Assembly: GCF_006345805.1 (NCBI RefSeq)
Contig: NC_042998.1
Coordinates: 160,332,001-160,396,000, forward strand
Length of the DNA stretch: 64,000 nucleotides
Direction of reading: 5' to 3'
DNA from: Octopus sinensis
Lineage: Eukaryota
Below are positions 36,578 to 50,944 of the stretch, piece by piece (position 1 is the stretch's first letter; each line of letters begins with the position of its first letter). Under the pieces are notes generated by a model. The model did not search any database and was not told the DNA's origin. It saw only the letters and a list, made by a program, of their open reading frames with translations. The position numbers were made by a program, and so were the translations under genes.

Positions 36578-37069
36578 TACATATATAAATATATATGTAT
36601 GTGTGTGTGTGTGTGTGTATTTGTGCACCCAGGTCACAATATCATGTGATGGTTGCAAACAAGCATCACTGTTGTAAAAGCGATATTGTTTATTTCCAGT
36701 TTTCTTGAAAAACATGCCTTGCCATGGGAAAATTAGCTTGCTTGGAAACAAGTGGTGGCTTGGTGATAGGAAAGGCATCCAGCCATAGAAAATCTGGCTC
36801 AAGGAATTCCATCTGTCCAATGCAAGATGGAAATGTAAACATAAAAATGATGATAATGATTATGATATATATATATTTATATAAATTATTTAAAACAGTT
36901 TGGTTCAGCTCCATGTTTCTTCAAGTTTTACAGGCCTCTAACAGAAGCCAGTCTCTTTCAGGCTTTAGGTTATTGAATGGAAAATACAGGAGAATGAATT
37001 AAACCGCTTTAAATAATACATGTAACTCTTACTAAATGTGTTGTGTACCTTTTACTTTCACTTGTCCAT

Positions 37070-37090
37070 GTCTCTCTCTCTCTCTCTTTA

Positions 37091-37173
<83 letters not shown>

Positions 37174-37178
37174 CACAC

Positions 37179-37211
<33 letters not shown>

Positions 37212-37487
37212 CATATATATATATATTAAAATATGTTTGTATGGACATTCAGGCAAAAACACTTACAGCTAATGATGGAGCCTCTGTATTCTTGCATTAT
37301 CAGCTGTTAATAGTATTTAAATCTCCTTCAGATCACAAGAGGATACATTGGGCAATGCGGTCCTTGATGCATTATGTCTGAAGAAAAGATGGAATGGTCA
37401 TGCCTGGAACCTATTTGATCATAGGTCTTCTTGATGAGGACTGAACTGAGTAGGAACAATGATGTACATACACACATTATATGTACT

Positions 37488-37524
<37 letters not shown>

Positions 37525-37537
37525 GATATATATATAT

Positions 37538-37621
<84 letters not shown>

Positions 37622-37650
37622 CATACATACACACACACACACACACATAT
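37070..37650. repeat. (CT)n/(TA)n/(TACA)n microsatellites
   Basis: Directly visible. Confidence 0.9.
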
Positions 37651-38699
37651 ATATATACTAACACACTAACTCATACTAATTGCTTTAAGTAGCCATTCAT
37701 TCACACATTAAACACACCTAAACATGCACCAACAGACCAGTATCACACATGTACATATTATATACATAAATCATTCACACACATGTGCAAATGCTCACTT
37801 ACATATAATCTACACACATTTATATTCACCCACTTACTGCTCTACATATACACAGTAAGGCATGCACACATGTACACATATATAAATACATTTTTCTGCA
37901 TATACACACTTATTGTGGTCACATCAACTGTTCATTCATTCACACATTGACTCAAACACACACACACTTACATGTACACACATGCACAAACAGTTCCACT
38001 ATACTTGTGCATATACAGTAAATCAGTTATTCCCCACTACACACACACACCAACACACACACAGACGGACACACACACATGCACATAGACATACATCTCT
38101 CACTTATATGTACACACAGTCAGTTACACTCATATCTACACATATACTCACACAACAAATATACACATATATGTGCCTACGTATATTTATATACATACAC
38201 ACATAGCTTCTCCACAACAGATGCACTAACGTACATAGATTTATGGAAATGCAAAAGCATACATGTCTACACACACAGCCACTACATTACTTATATCTAC
38301 ACATATACATATATTCATAGATGCAGACACAAAATCAAATAAATGCACACATAAACACAACAAACTCTTATATGTATATACACAACTAAACAATATCTAA
38401 CTGCTAGACTAATGCAGAAATGTTAAAGAAAATGGTTTCCTTCCTTGCCAACTGTTCTGTTTTTCTTGTGTTCTTTCTTACATTTAATCTTCCCTCCTTT
38501 TCTAGGCTATTATATTGTTGCTGCCTAAACAACCTTTGTCATTAAAAATATGAAATCAACCGCAAGAACAATTATCTTTCCATTTGAATCTAGTCTGACC
38601 AATAATTAGAAGAAAAGGCCTTTTCCTTTATAGCATGTTTTGAATATTGTAAGCTTTGACAATATACATACATACATACATACATACATACATACATAC

Positions 38700-38771
<72 letters not shown>

Positions 38772-38998
38772 TTTCTCTCTCTCTCTTTCTCTGCCTCTCT
38801 CATATATATGTACATATAAGATGCATGTCTTGATAATTGTCTCTAGTCCCCCTCCTTCACTCTGAATAATGCACATACACACATATGTGTGCATGTGCAT
38901 GTCTCTCTCTCATTTTCTCTTTATATTTATATATATATATATATACACACACATATACATACTTACACACACACCTATATATATACATACACACACAC

Positions 38999-39047
<49 letters not shown>

Positions 39048-39177
39048 TTTATATACATGCATGCACATAAATATGTACCTGTATGCATACATGTATATAT
39101 ATGCACATATATACTTGTATACATATATACCTATACATACATACATATTTGTGTTTATGTAGACACCCACTCACACA

Positions 39178-39335
39178 GCTGAACTGGCAGAGTAGTTAGG
39201 GTGTCAGATAGATAGCTTTGCTGTATTTGTTATGATCCTTTGCTCTCAGAGTTCAAACACCTCTGGGGTCAAATTTATTTGTTCCTTTCAGGACTGATAA
39301 ATAAACTATCAGTACTGTACTAGGGTTAATTCCTT
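39178..39335 (+). mobile_element. SINE family 2 (decayed)
   Basis: gctgaactggcagag..ctcagagttcaaac..gtcaaattt..cctttcaggactgataaa. Confidence 0.55.
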
Positions 39336-39573
39336 GCTTCCTCTATCTCTTTCTTTCTGTTGGTCTGTCTCTCACTTTCTGCAAGAAATTGACTGTGATC
39401 AAACCTGGAGAGTGACGGGCTAAACCAGGTTTGAAGTATGCTAAAAGCGCTAACTATATTATAATGATTTCCATACAACGCAATACACACACACACACTA
39501 TCACACAAAATTTTTTATATATACATCTCTCTCTCTCTCTCTCTCTCCTTCTCTCTCTCCTTCTCTCTCTCCT

Positions 39574-39611
<38 letters not shown>

Positions 39612-40329
39612 ATTGTGTCTGGGGAGAGTCATTCTCTTTTAGTGCCTTATTACTTAACACACTCACCAGTTTGATTTCCATTCATTTACTTATCTATTTT
39701 TCTAAAAGTTTCATTGCATCTTGCAACTTCTTCAATAGTTGTTGATTCTGTCTGTTATCAGAACTGTGCTTTTTTGTTTGTTTATTTGTGTACATGTGTG
39801 TATGTGTATACACATATGTATGTACACATTTATGTGTGTGGTGTTTATGCATATATATATATATATATATATAATATATATATATATATGTATTCTGCAT
39901 ATTCATGTGTTTGTGTGTTCATGTTTGTATGTATGTATGTATGTATGTATGTTTGTGTTTGTGTTTTTAAGTGTGTATTTGTGTGTATCTCTGTCTCCCT
40001 GTGTGCATGTTTGAGTCTGTCTATGTGTATGGGTTTGTGTGACTGTATGTGCATCTGTTATGAATGAATGTGTGTCTCCATATGTGTCCTTGTGTGTGTG
40101 TAAAGTGTGTACATGTATATGGTCAGGTGTTTCAGTCTTTATTTGTGTATGCATGTGTATGTGTGCTTGTCTCTCTGTATTACCTATCTATGTATTTATC
40201 GTTTATTTACATATCCATTTATCTACATACATATATATATACGTCTACATAACAGCCTACTAACAGCTCTACCTGTGTATATATAAACTGTGGGTATTGG
40301 GGTATGACTACCTTCTACATATATGTCAT

Positions 40330-41510
40330 ATTTAGTACTGGGGATGTTTCATTTATGAGGATGTACTCCTGTTTTTGAGTGTTGGGTCCTTTGGATGCTT
40401 GGATAAAATTTGGATCTCAAGTTGATCCAATGTGCCTCTGTATTGGTCTTTGGCATTTTGGTAGAGTATGGATGACTGTTTTTGTCATCATATTGTCTCA
40501 AATGTTCATGTAGTCTTTCTGCAATGCTTCTAGATGTTTCACCTATGTATATCATATTCTTGTATTTACAAACACCCTCTATGCACCTTATGCTGTAGAC
40601 TACATTTCTACTTCTACGGTTAATGCCAGGGTTAATCTTAGATACCATACAGTTATCATTGGTGCTTGTGGTTTTCTCAAAGGAGTATGTCCTACATAGT
40701 TGTGATTTGATGGAGTTGAGTTTGGCCTCCTTCAGAGCTTTCCTAAGTCTTCGGGCTAGTCCTCCATGGACTGCAGCCTCTACAAACATCACTCCTTGAT
40801 ATTTGTCAATCTTTTACCACATGTTCACCCTGTTTGACTTGTCACAAACTCTTTGTGTCCTGCTCCAGTCTTTACTTCCATATCTAGGGTAGGTACCACT
40901 GGTTTCATTATATATAATGCTATTTAACTTCTTTCTAGCTCCCCTGTATATCCGAACCCTCTCTTTCTGATCATATCCAGAGAATTACATGCAGGGCATT
41001 AAGTTCTGTACATGTTTCTTTGTTTCATAAGGTTCGCATAGTGGGGACACATTGTTCATCATCGTAACTAAGTCTGTTATCACTATGTTGATTTTTACAT
41101 TGCGTGACAAAGCTGAGTTTTTGTGAACAACACATTTAGAGGCTATGGGTTTCATATAATAGGAGTGTAGGAGCTGCACTCTGTTGTTCACAGCCTTTAA
41201 CCAAAGTTCAGTATCAAGGACAGGGAATCTATTATTAGGGTGCCTAGTGGAGTAATCTATAGTTACCTTAATACTTTGGTGGATGGAGTTAGCTATGTGC
41301 TGGATGCTCTCCATTATACTCCTCTCAGTTTCTATATTACAGTTACTAGAGTTTGTCCTAACAAGAATATTGTCATCTCCATGCCTACAGTAAAGCAAAA
41401 CAATTGTGGATTGCTCTGCTAAGGCTTGTTTCAGTTTCCTGTCCCATGAGGTCATGAAGAGGCCAGTTGGAGATGTGGACAAATACAGGAGTATATCCCC
41501 ATGTACGCAG
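40330..41510 (-). mobile_element. Penelope-like element RT C-terminal region + GIY-YIG (Naiad-like)
   Basis: GLFMTSWDR..YCRHGDD..PVLDTELW..YYMKPIAS..SAL; FVEA..GGLARRL; NVVYSIRC..IYIGETSRSIAERLHEH. Confidence 0.88.
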
Positions 41511-42071
41511 GTAGAGTTGTTAGTAAGCTGTTATGTAAATATATATATGTAGGTAGGTAGATAAATGGATATGTAAGTAAAGAGATAGATAGGTACATAG
41601 ATAATATGGACAGACAAGCACACACACATACACAAATGAAAACTGAAACACATGACCATGTATCGATAATCTTTTTGAAGTTTTGCTATGTGTGTGTCTT
41701 ATTCAAACTCCCAGTTTAACATACACAATTCATCGCAGCTTCAAAGGGATTTCAATTAAATATCAAGCTTCTACACCTGTAACTGAGTCTTCCATTCAGC
41801 TAATGTTCTCTGTTTATGCATATAAAATGTAAATACACACACATGCACATAATATTCATATCTATCTATATATATATATATATCATCATCATCATTTTAC
41901 ATTTGTTTTCCATGCTGGCTTGTGTTGGTCAATTTGACAGCAGCCTGGAAGGCTGGGTCCCCACACCAGGCCCCATTGTCTGTTCTGGCATAGTTTCTAT
42001 GGCTGGATACCCTTTCTAATGTGAATCACTTTACAGAGTGTATTTGGTGCTTTTCATGTGGCACCAACATG

Positions 42072-42116
<45 letters not shown>

Positions 42117-42119
42117 AAG

Positions 42120-43200
42120 GATTTGCACAAGAGTGTCTGATAGAAATACTTGGGACCGTCGTTTTCACAACAGCACTAACTGAAAGACAATATCCACTCT
42201 CACTTATAAACAATGGAATTAAATGTGCTAAGAAATCAGACATTAAAACACTAAGGTCAACAAAATGTAACACCATACCTCATCTCAAAACACTATTGTA
42301 TATATCAACTCACAACCCTAGAATCAATGAGGCATGCAACACTATTGTACAAAATCACTATGCTCACTAGAGATCCAAAAATGAACAACATTCTGAAAAC
42401 ACATAAATTTGTTAAATACAAAAAGCAACACAAATTGCTAAAAAGACTTCTAACAAATGCAAGGATTTACACAGCAACCACAAAACCAACGGTTAAAAAA
42501 TGTGGCTGCCCATCCTGTGGATCATGCCCCAGCCTAGTGAAAGGCTCAGAATTCCCATTCAAACAAGGAGAGAGGTTCACAATTAAAACTAACTTGTGCT
42601 TCCAAAAATCTAATTTATGTTATAACTTGCTCAGGTTGTGGACATAACTATATAGGACAGGCAAGTATGACACTGAAACAGAGAACCACACTACATAAGG
42701 AAAAGATCCAGTTCCCGCAATACAGATAGATTGTTTTGAGTGAAACACATAGAGAGATGTGCAGGTAATATCCAACCAAACTTCACAGTTTTTCTCATCA
42801 ACCAGTGCAAAGAAACAATTTCAGTACAAGAACATTTAAATAAAGAAAATTTGTTCATCAAAAAATACAGAACACGTCTAAATATGAACACATAACCACC
42901 TTTGATCTCAGTATATATTTTAATTCATTATCACATACCTATCACTGCACATATTTCTCCTCACTACTTTAGCTTTTGAGTTTTTGTGTATATTTATCCC
43001 CTCCCCGAAAGATGAACAATTACCTCCCCTATCCCCAATAATAATGATTACCAATTTTTCTACTTGTTGAATCATTCATTCATAAACTTCACACACAACA
43101 TGAACTAAAATCTTCTTAAGAAAATACAAAATTACAATAATTTCAATGTCATGATTAGCGAAAGTGAAACCAGTCGACAAACACAATATAAAATATATTT
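42120..43200 (+). mobile_element. Penelope-like element 3' part (Zn-linker + GIY-YIG + pLTR)
   Basis: ERQYPLSLINNGI..STHNPRI..KKCGCPSCGSC..SKNLIYVITCSGCGHNYIGQ..LKQRTTLH; hammerhead relic at 43147. Confidence 0.85.
43147..43179 (+). ncRNA. Minimal hammerhead relic
   Basis: TGTC-ATGATTA-GC-GAAA-GT-GAAAC-CA-GTC-GACA; two core substitutions. Confidence 0.55.
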
Positions 43201-43884
43201 AAACTATGTAAAGTGTGTGCATTTTCCTTCTTTTATTTTATTTATATATTTTTTTACATTACTACTCACTGCATGTGGATAATAAAAATTCCTCTGTATA
43301 TATATATATTTTTTTTTCTAGATTTGTTCTAAAGGAATTTTCATGTTTTAACCTTAGTAGCAATGTAGCAATCCTGCTATTTGTCAATGGAAAGTAGTGT
43401 GAGTTCCACTACATAATCCTTCTGAATTGTTACTCTGAGGTTTATAATTGCAAAATTATCATAAAGGAAAATAACTTTCATGTACAAGTAATTATGTACT
43501 GTATTTTGTAGGTTTTCATGTATATATGAGAGTGAGTGGGTTAATGTATGTGTGTGTGGGTGGGTGTAAAACAATTCTGTATAATCTTCAGTTGTACAAA
43601 CATTCTATTTTACAGGAAAATTGGTGAACACTTCTAAAGCATAAAGGAAAATAAAATTAAGGTAAGTGAAAATTAAATAAAATTTAATTAATATCGAAAA
43701 TTAAGTAAAAATTAATTAACATAAGGAGAATTAACTGTTCATGATGTAATATATTATTTTATGGTTGAGTTAAAGAGATAAAGTCACAACGTCAATGAAT
43801 AAATAGGATGTTTTCTGTCATTGACTTTGTTATATTGTTGTAGGTTGTTGTTTGGAAATAAATCATCTCTGTTATATTTTATCT

Positions 43885-44240
43885 TTTACATGTTTCAGTC
43901 ATTTGATTGTAGCCATGCTGGGGCACTGCCTTGTAAAATTTTTTTTAGTTGAATGAATTGACCTCAATAGTTAACTTGTTTTCAAGCTTAGTACTTATTC
44001 TTTTGGTCTCTTTTTGCTGAACTGCTAAGCTATGGGGATGTAAACCTACTAACACAGGTTGTCAATCAGGAGTGGAGAACGAACAAACACACACACAACA
44101 AGTTTCTTTCAGTTTCTGTTTACCAAATCTATTCACAAGACCTTGGTTGGCTTGAGACAGTAGTAGAAGACACTTGCCCAAGGTGCTACACAATGGGACT
44201 AAACCCGAAACCATTTGGCTGGGAAGCAACCTTCTTACCA
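43885..44240 (-). mobile_element. SINE family 1
   Basis: Reverse complement of the full family-1 layout. Confidence 0.75.
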
Positions 44241-44357
44241 CACAGCCATACCTGCGCCTGTATGTAAATAAGCAGTGATAAATTGCTTTTGTGTTTACAT
44301 GTATGGCATATGAATGGAAGTTTAAACCCCATTCAAATTGTATAAAATGTTATAAGT

Positions 44358-44885
44358 TGCAGGTATGGGTGTGCGGTTAAGAAGTTCTTTTTGCAACTGC
44401 ATAGCTTCAGGTTCAGTCCCACTGTGTGGTACCTTGGGGAAGTGTCTTTTATTATAGTCCCAGGTTGACCAATGCTTTGGGAGTGAATTTGGTAGATGGG
44501 AACTGTGTGAAAGCCTATTTTGTGTGTGTGTATCCAACAATGGCTTAGCTGGTTGAAACTTTGAAGTCACTGCCAACACTGTTCTTGTATAAGAATGATA
44601 AATTTGTATTCTACAAAAGTAAAGAGTAACACGTCAGATTAATGTAAAACCATTTTTGTTATAACTGAACATAGAAACAAACATTAATGTGTGTGTGTGT
44701 GTGTGTGTGTGTGTCTTCCCATTGCTAGACAGCAGGTATTGGTTTGTTTATGTTTTTGAAACTTAGTAGTTCAGCAAAAGTTACTAACAGAATAAGTACC
44801 AGACTTAAAAAAGAAGTACTGGAGTCAATGTCTTTGACTAAACCTTTCAAGGCTGTCCCAGCATTGACACAGTTCTATGAATAAA
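44358..44885 (+). mobile_element. SINE family 1 with about 150 bp of unrelated sequence in the middle
   Basis: Head 44358-44530, tail 44690-44885. Confidence 0.7.
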
Positions 44886-46939
44886 ACAGGGAAAAGATAA
44901 TAGATAAAAGATATACTAAATTCGTAATAGTGTTATATATACTGCTTGTGTTCTTCTTGAAGACCATTGTTTAGGCCAAAGTTAATTCTGATCACAGAGA
45001 CTTATGATCAAAGGAGCTCTACCTATGAACATACAGCTGCTATGTTTAGCAGGTTGAGTAACTATGTAGAAGCTTCCATGTTTTCTTGAACCTAAAGATT
45101 AGAGCAATAATGTAAAAGTGGCAATTTCTCTGAAAACCAAGTAAGAGTTATGGTTGCTGCAAATTATGCTTCATTTTGATAGCTAAAAACCATTATTATG
45201 TGTGAGATAGCCAGTTAATGGAATGTGGGAATAAAATTTCCTAAACTGGCAATCATTGCGATTTCTTGTATTCTGAGGTGTTGATTTCATTTCTGCCTCA
45301 CTATGAATTCTACTATACTTTATTAATATGCCTAGATACATAAACGAAATGAAACCTTTCAAAAGCAAATTGTTATTGAAGTATCAAATGTAATAAACGA
45401 GAAATAGGTGATTGATTCTTACTGGTGTACATAAGTGAAAGTCAGTTCACTAAAAAGACAAAAATGAGGTATGTTGATGTATGTCGTAGAGAATATATAT
45501 ATAACATTTGGAAGTAAGGTCCATTATTCCCTGATGAAGAGACATGTCCAAAACATTACATAGCTATTCTTATCACAGCACACTACCATGCTGTACTAGA
45601 TTTTGAGCTAAAATGGGAACCTCATGTAGTTACTTGAGATTGCTAGAAATAATAGCCAAATGTCTCTCAAACCCTATTCTCCCACCATTCTAAAAAGAAG
45701 GATAATTTGGATAATCTAGTACTAGGTACACTGTTAGAAGCAAGAAGATGAAATGGTCATGGTTGTATCCCATCTTCTTTCATACTTCCTTGGAATAAGG
45801 ACTGTTCTGGGGTTAATCAACAACTATGAGCTTTTAACTATGACTGAACTAACATTCTCTGTGTTCAAACTAGTTTTTATTGTATTTCATTACATTACTG
45901 AAAAAAATAATGATTGTATGGACAGTGGCAATCTTTTAATATTTTGTTGATCAGTTTCTATTTTCTAAATTCTAAAGGGCTTGGCAAATTCATCATCTAG
46001 TGAACTGTTTATAATTATTTTAAGAAAGCAAGTTATTTATATTTCTCTCCATTGAAAAAAAAAAATGGTTTTCACATAATATTAAATCAATTGGTGGCTT
46101 GTAGAGAAAATCTGATAGGTATATTTCCAATTTTATCTAATTAGTTGTCATAATCACCTGCATTTCATTCAGGATGTCTAAGAATTAAAATAAATGAAGC
46201 TCTTTACAAAGGGAAGCCATTTTTAGAAAATGTGATTTTTTTTTTCTGCTTTGCAAGTTCTATTTATGCAGTATTTTTTCTTTTAAATAACTTCTTTAAA
46301 GTTATCATTGTTGATTACATCTCATTTGAATTGAAGGCCTGAACACTAAATCCATCTGAGTGTTTTAACAGTAATTTAACATTGCTCAGTATTATGCTTT
46401 TTGATTTTCTGAAGTAGATAACTCAGAAGGCTAGACAAGTCCAAAAGCTGCCGATATATTGCATTTTCTGTAGTTTCTCTCCTTCTGGAAAGTAGCTACA
46501 AAAAATAGTCTCTCTGAAAGCTTTCTCCTATAGTGATCTGCTACAAACCTCTTAAAACACTAAAACCCATATGAATTACTTTGGAAGATTGTTCCATTAA
46601 TGTATGTATCTATCCTGTATCATTATTTAGTTTGTGGCCCAGTTTCCCTTTCCTTAAGAACAGAATTCAAATGAAATTTATGATACCCTACTAAAAACCA
46701 AGTTGGTATACAAGCTTTGTCTCGTTCTTAACTTCTATAAAGATACTGTATTTTCTGGCATAAAAGTCAAACTTTTCAGACCAAAATTTACAGCCAAAAG
46801 AGGTAGATTGACTTGTACACACATGACTTTGTGGGTTCAAAAATTCCATGAGAAATGCAGCAGGATTTGGAAAGATAGTGATATGATGTTTGAATGTTTA
46901 CATGTTTATGCTGTATAATATCTGGACTTGTTTGCAGAA

Positions 46940-47245
46940 AATGGCACATGATTCAGTGGTTAGTGTGTTGGGCTCACAATCATAGAGTTGTAAGTTTGAT
47001 TCCTGGATCGGGCTGTGTGTTGTGTTCTTGAGCAAGTCGCTTTAGTTCATGTTGCTCCAAGCTCTATCGACCTTTGCTTTTCCCTTGGACAACATGAGTA
47101 GCATGGAGAAGGGAGACTGGTATGCATGGATGACTGCTGGTCTTCCATAAACAACCCTACTTGGACTTGTGCTTCAGAAGGGAACTTCCTAGGTGCAATC
47201 CCATGGTCATTCATGACCGAAAGGGGTCTTTACTCTTTTACCCTT
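46940..47245 (+). mobile_element. SINE family 3, near full length
   Basis: A/B-box head, gtgttcttgagcaag core, tail ..ccatggtcattcatgaccgaaagggg. Confidence 0.75.
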
Positions 47246-47783
47246 TACTCTGTATGCTTAAAAATTTGGTAAAATGAAATAAAATGAATAACAAATCAAA
47301 AAGATATTCAATCCTTTATTGGATGGAGTGGAGTAAAAGTTGAACTTTCTTTATTTTATATTAACAGGGGAAAATATATATAAATAATTGTATATTTAAC
47401 ATACCACTTGGAATATTATATTTAATGTTTTACTTTATGAATTATTGAAATCCAAGCTAAAAATGGTGAATATTAAAATGCATCAATCCTGAAAATGTGC
47501 AAATTACAAGAATATTTATCTTTCCTAACTATTTCCTTAATTTTTCTTTTCCATAAGCATTCTTTTTCTTATCTTTTAATCCCCAACTCCTTCTGCTAAT
47601 TTCTGTCTGTCTGCCTGCCTGTCTCTCTCTCTCTCACACACACATACACAGAATCAACATAAAATTAATATCTTATGCAGAAGAAATTATTCTTTGTTGT
47701 TGTATCAGCTCTGGCAATACAACAGTGATAATGCACGGGTGCTGTCACATAAACTCACCAAACAAGCTTCAACTTGTATATAT

Positions 47784-47828
<45 letters not shown>

Positions 47829-47904
47829 TATTTGTTTTTTGCCAGTTCTTTCTGACTCATGGAATTTTTACTGCATACTGGTGATTTGATCTTCTTTCTG
47901 ACAC

Positions 47905-48245
<341 letters not shown>

Positions 48246-48542
48246 ACCAGCCAGTTTCTTTTCAGCCTCCTTCCCCATAGCACATCCCTACCAAGGAATT
48301 TCTATATCTGTCTGTCATCCCCCTCAATCAATAACAGATAGAATATAAAACTAGAACATGTGTGGGTGAAAAATTCTTTTTTCTCTTCTGTTGGTTAATG
48401 ATGGACGACCAGAGTTGGTGAGAGTAATTTCTCACCATTACTGATCATTGTTTTTATACACACTGTGAGACGTTAACAAATGGTTGCAAGTGCCAATTAG
48501 TTTTTAGATGGTTCAAGAGTATATTTCACACATATAACTACA

Positions 48543-48591
<49 letters not shown>

Positions 48592-49411
48592 ATACACATC
48601 ATATATGTATGTATGTATGTATATACACATCATATATGTATGTATATATGTATGTATGTATATACACATCATATATGTATGTATGTATATATATACACAC
48701 ACATCATATATATATATATACACACACACATGCATATATACATGTATGTATATATATTTCCTTGTGTGTGTGTGTATTTAGTTTGATTTCTTGATGTTGA
48801 CTTTATCCATGTCTAGTTTGAGAGCTAGAATGAGAATGCAATATAAGTTTCTTTCTTACCAAAGTAATACTGATGCAGTAAGCCATCTAAAAACACACTT
48901 CATTTTGGCAAACTTCTATAAGGCATTAAGTGCTATTCACCCCCCCCCCCCTCCAAAAAAAAAAAGCCAACGAATTTCAGTGCAGAAATAGTTGTATATT
49001 AGTAGTATTTATGCATTAAACACTAATACACACACTCTAGTCTTGGTCTTGATAGTCACAGCATTTCAGTCATTTTATCCTTCGGCCTTCTTCATGCTGT
49101 AATATTATCAGAGCAGGCAAGAGTTCAGTCCTTGGGTCAGTGACACCATATATATTTTGGTGCAAACAGAAAGAGCAAATAGCATCACAAGTAGGAGAAA
49201 AACTAATAGAATAACTGTGGCATGGATAATAGAATGAGGGCAATCTAGCTCTATGGATTTAATAAAGGGTTTGTTTTGAAACTCCAAGAACATGGATATG
49301 GCAGGTATCTGAAGTTGGTATATCAGACGGTAACAACCAAGGCTTTGTGATTATACCTAACAAGATGAGGGCACTAGGTTGAATATATTAATGTATAATG
49401 ATGAATCTTTT

Positions 49412-49615
49412 CTACTATAGGCACAAGGCCTGAAATTTGGTGGAGGGGACTAGTTGACTACATCAACCCTAGTGTTGCTCTGGTACTTAATTTAATGACC
49501 CTGAAAGGATGAGTCACCTCTGGTGGAATTTGAACTCAGAATATAAAGACATATAAATGCTGCTGCTAAGCATTTTGCCTGGCATGCTAACAATTCTGCC
49601 AGCTCACCGTCTTCA
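49412..49615 (-). mobile_element. SINE family 2
   Basis: Reverse complement of gagctggcagaattgttagc..ctgagttcaaattccacc. Confidence 0.75.
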
Positions 49616-49631
49616 TAATAATAATAACAAT

Positions 49632-49848
49632 AATGGTTTCAAATTTTGTCACAAGGACAGCAGTTTTGGGATAAGGGATAAGTTGATTACATCAAACCCA
49701 ATGTTTCACTGGTACTTAATTTATCGACCCTGAAAGGATGAAAGGCAAAGCCGACCTTCGTGGAATTTGAACTTAGAATGTAACAACAGACTAAATCCTG
49801 CTAAGCATTTTGCACAGCGTGCTAACAATTCTGCCAGCTCGCCACATC
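49632..49848 (-). mobile_element. SINE family 2
   Basis: Well-preserved copy: gcgagctggcagaattgttagcacg..gaaggtcggctttgcctttcatcctttcagggtcgataaattaagtaccag. Confidence 0.8.
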
Positions 49849-49856
49849 CTATAATA

Positions 49857-49900
<44 letters not shown>

Positions 49901-50344
49901 GTAATAATAATAATAATGCTGCTGCATATATATGCATTTACACTGTTGAAATTCCATTTTAAGGACATTGATGGTGTATAAAAACTGTTGTGATGAAAAA
50001 TTCATTATGAAGATATTGTTAAAGACAAATTGTAAAAACAATTTGTTTTTTGCAGTATGCTAAAATAAGCAAATTTCAATGGTCAGGTGAGTAGGGAATT
50101 AGAATGTATTGCTGAATGTATCAAACATTAGTTAGAATGAAAGTGCTCATGCTGTAGCCTTCCCATCTTTTGTATAGAATCAGAGGTTTGGCTTTCAAAG
50201 TTCCCATTCATGACCATTGCAAGTGTACCTATCAAGTGTTTTTTTTTTTTTATGAAATCAGAGATTTTGCATTCCAGCTTTCCATTTGTGACCATCACAC
50301 TTTTTTTTACTTAAGAATTCAGAGATATTTTTTCACATTATGTG

Positions 50345-50520
50345 CAGGTATGGCTGTGCAGTTAAGAAGCTCACCATGTAGTTAAGACACCATATAGTGT
50401 CAGGTTGAATTCTTTTGTGTGGCACCTTATGTGTCCTACTATAGCCTCAAGCAGATCCAATGCAGTTTCCATCTACCAAATTCACAAGAGTGAATCTGGT
50501 AGATAGAAACTGCTTAGAAA
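50345..50520 (+). mobile_element. SINE family 1 (decayed)
   Basis: gcaggtatggctgtgcagttaagaagc head. Confidence 0.55.
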
Positions 50521-50944
50521 CATGTCATCTATATGCAAGTTGTAATAATGAAGTCAAACCAAATAGTGATATTTTGAAATAATTTCAGGTTTGTGTGATA
50601 TATAATAGGAATTGCATCCTTTTACAACTGATATAACTCGATGCCAGTACAAACTGGCCAGTCCAGACTCTACTTTGGAATAGTTTGTTACATGTGGCTA
50701 GAGTCGAAAAGTCTGGATCTGTGCACCACTTCTTAGCATAACAAGAAATGTATGTGTGTGTGTGTTCATGTTTGTCCTCTCATTGCTTGGCAACTTATGT
50801 TGGTTTGTTAACATTGCTGTAACTTACCACCAAAGCAAAAGTGATTGATAGAACTTTTTAAAAAAATTAGTACTGCAGTTGATATGTTTGGCTGAAGCCA
50901 GTAAAAAATAAAAGATTTGTAAGAATGAAAAGGTTCATTCATAA

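Noticed and set aside
40540-40660. Possible selenocysteine (in-frame TGA) in the Naiad-like endonuclease region
   Set aside because: No TGA is seen at the Cys-equivalent positions in this copy.
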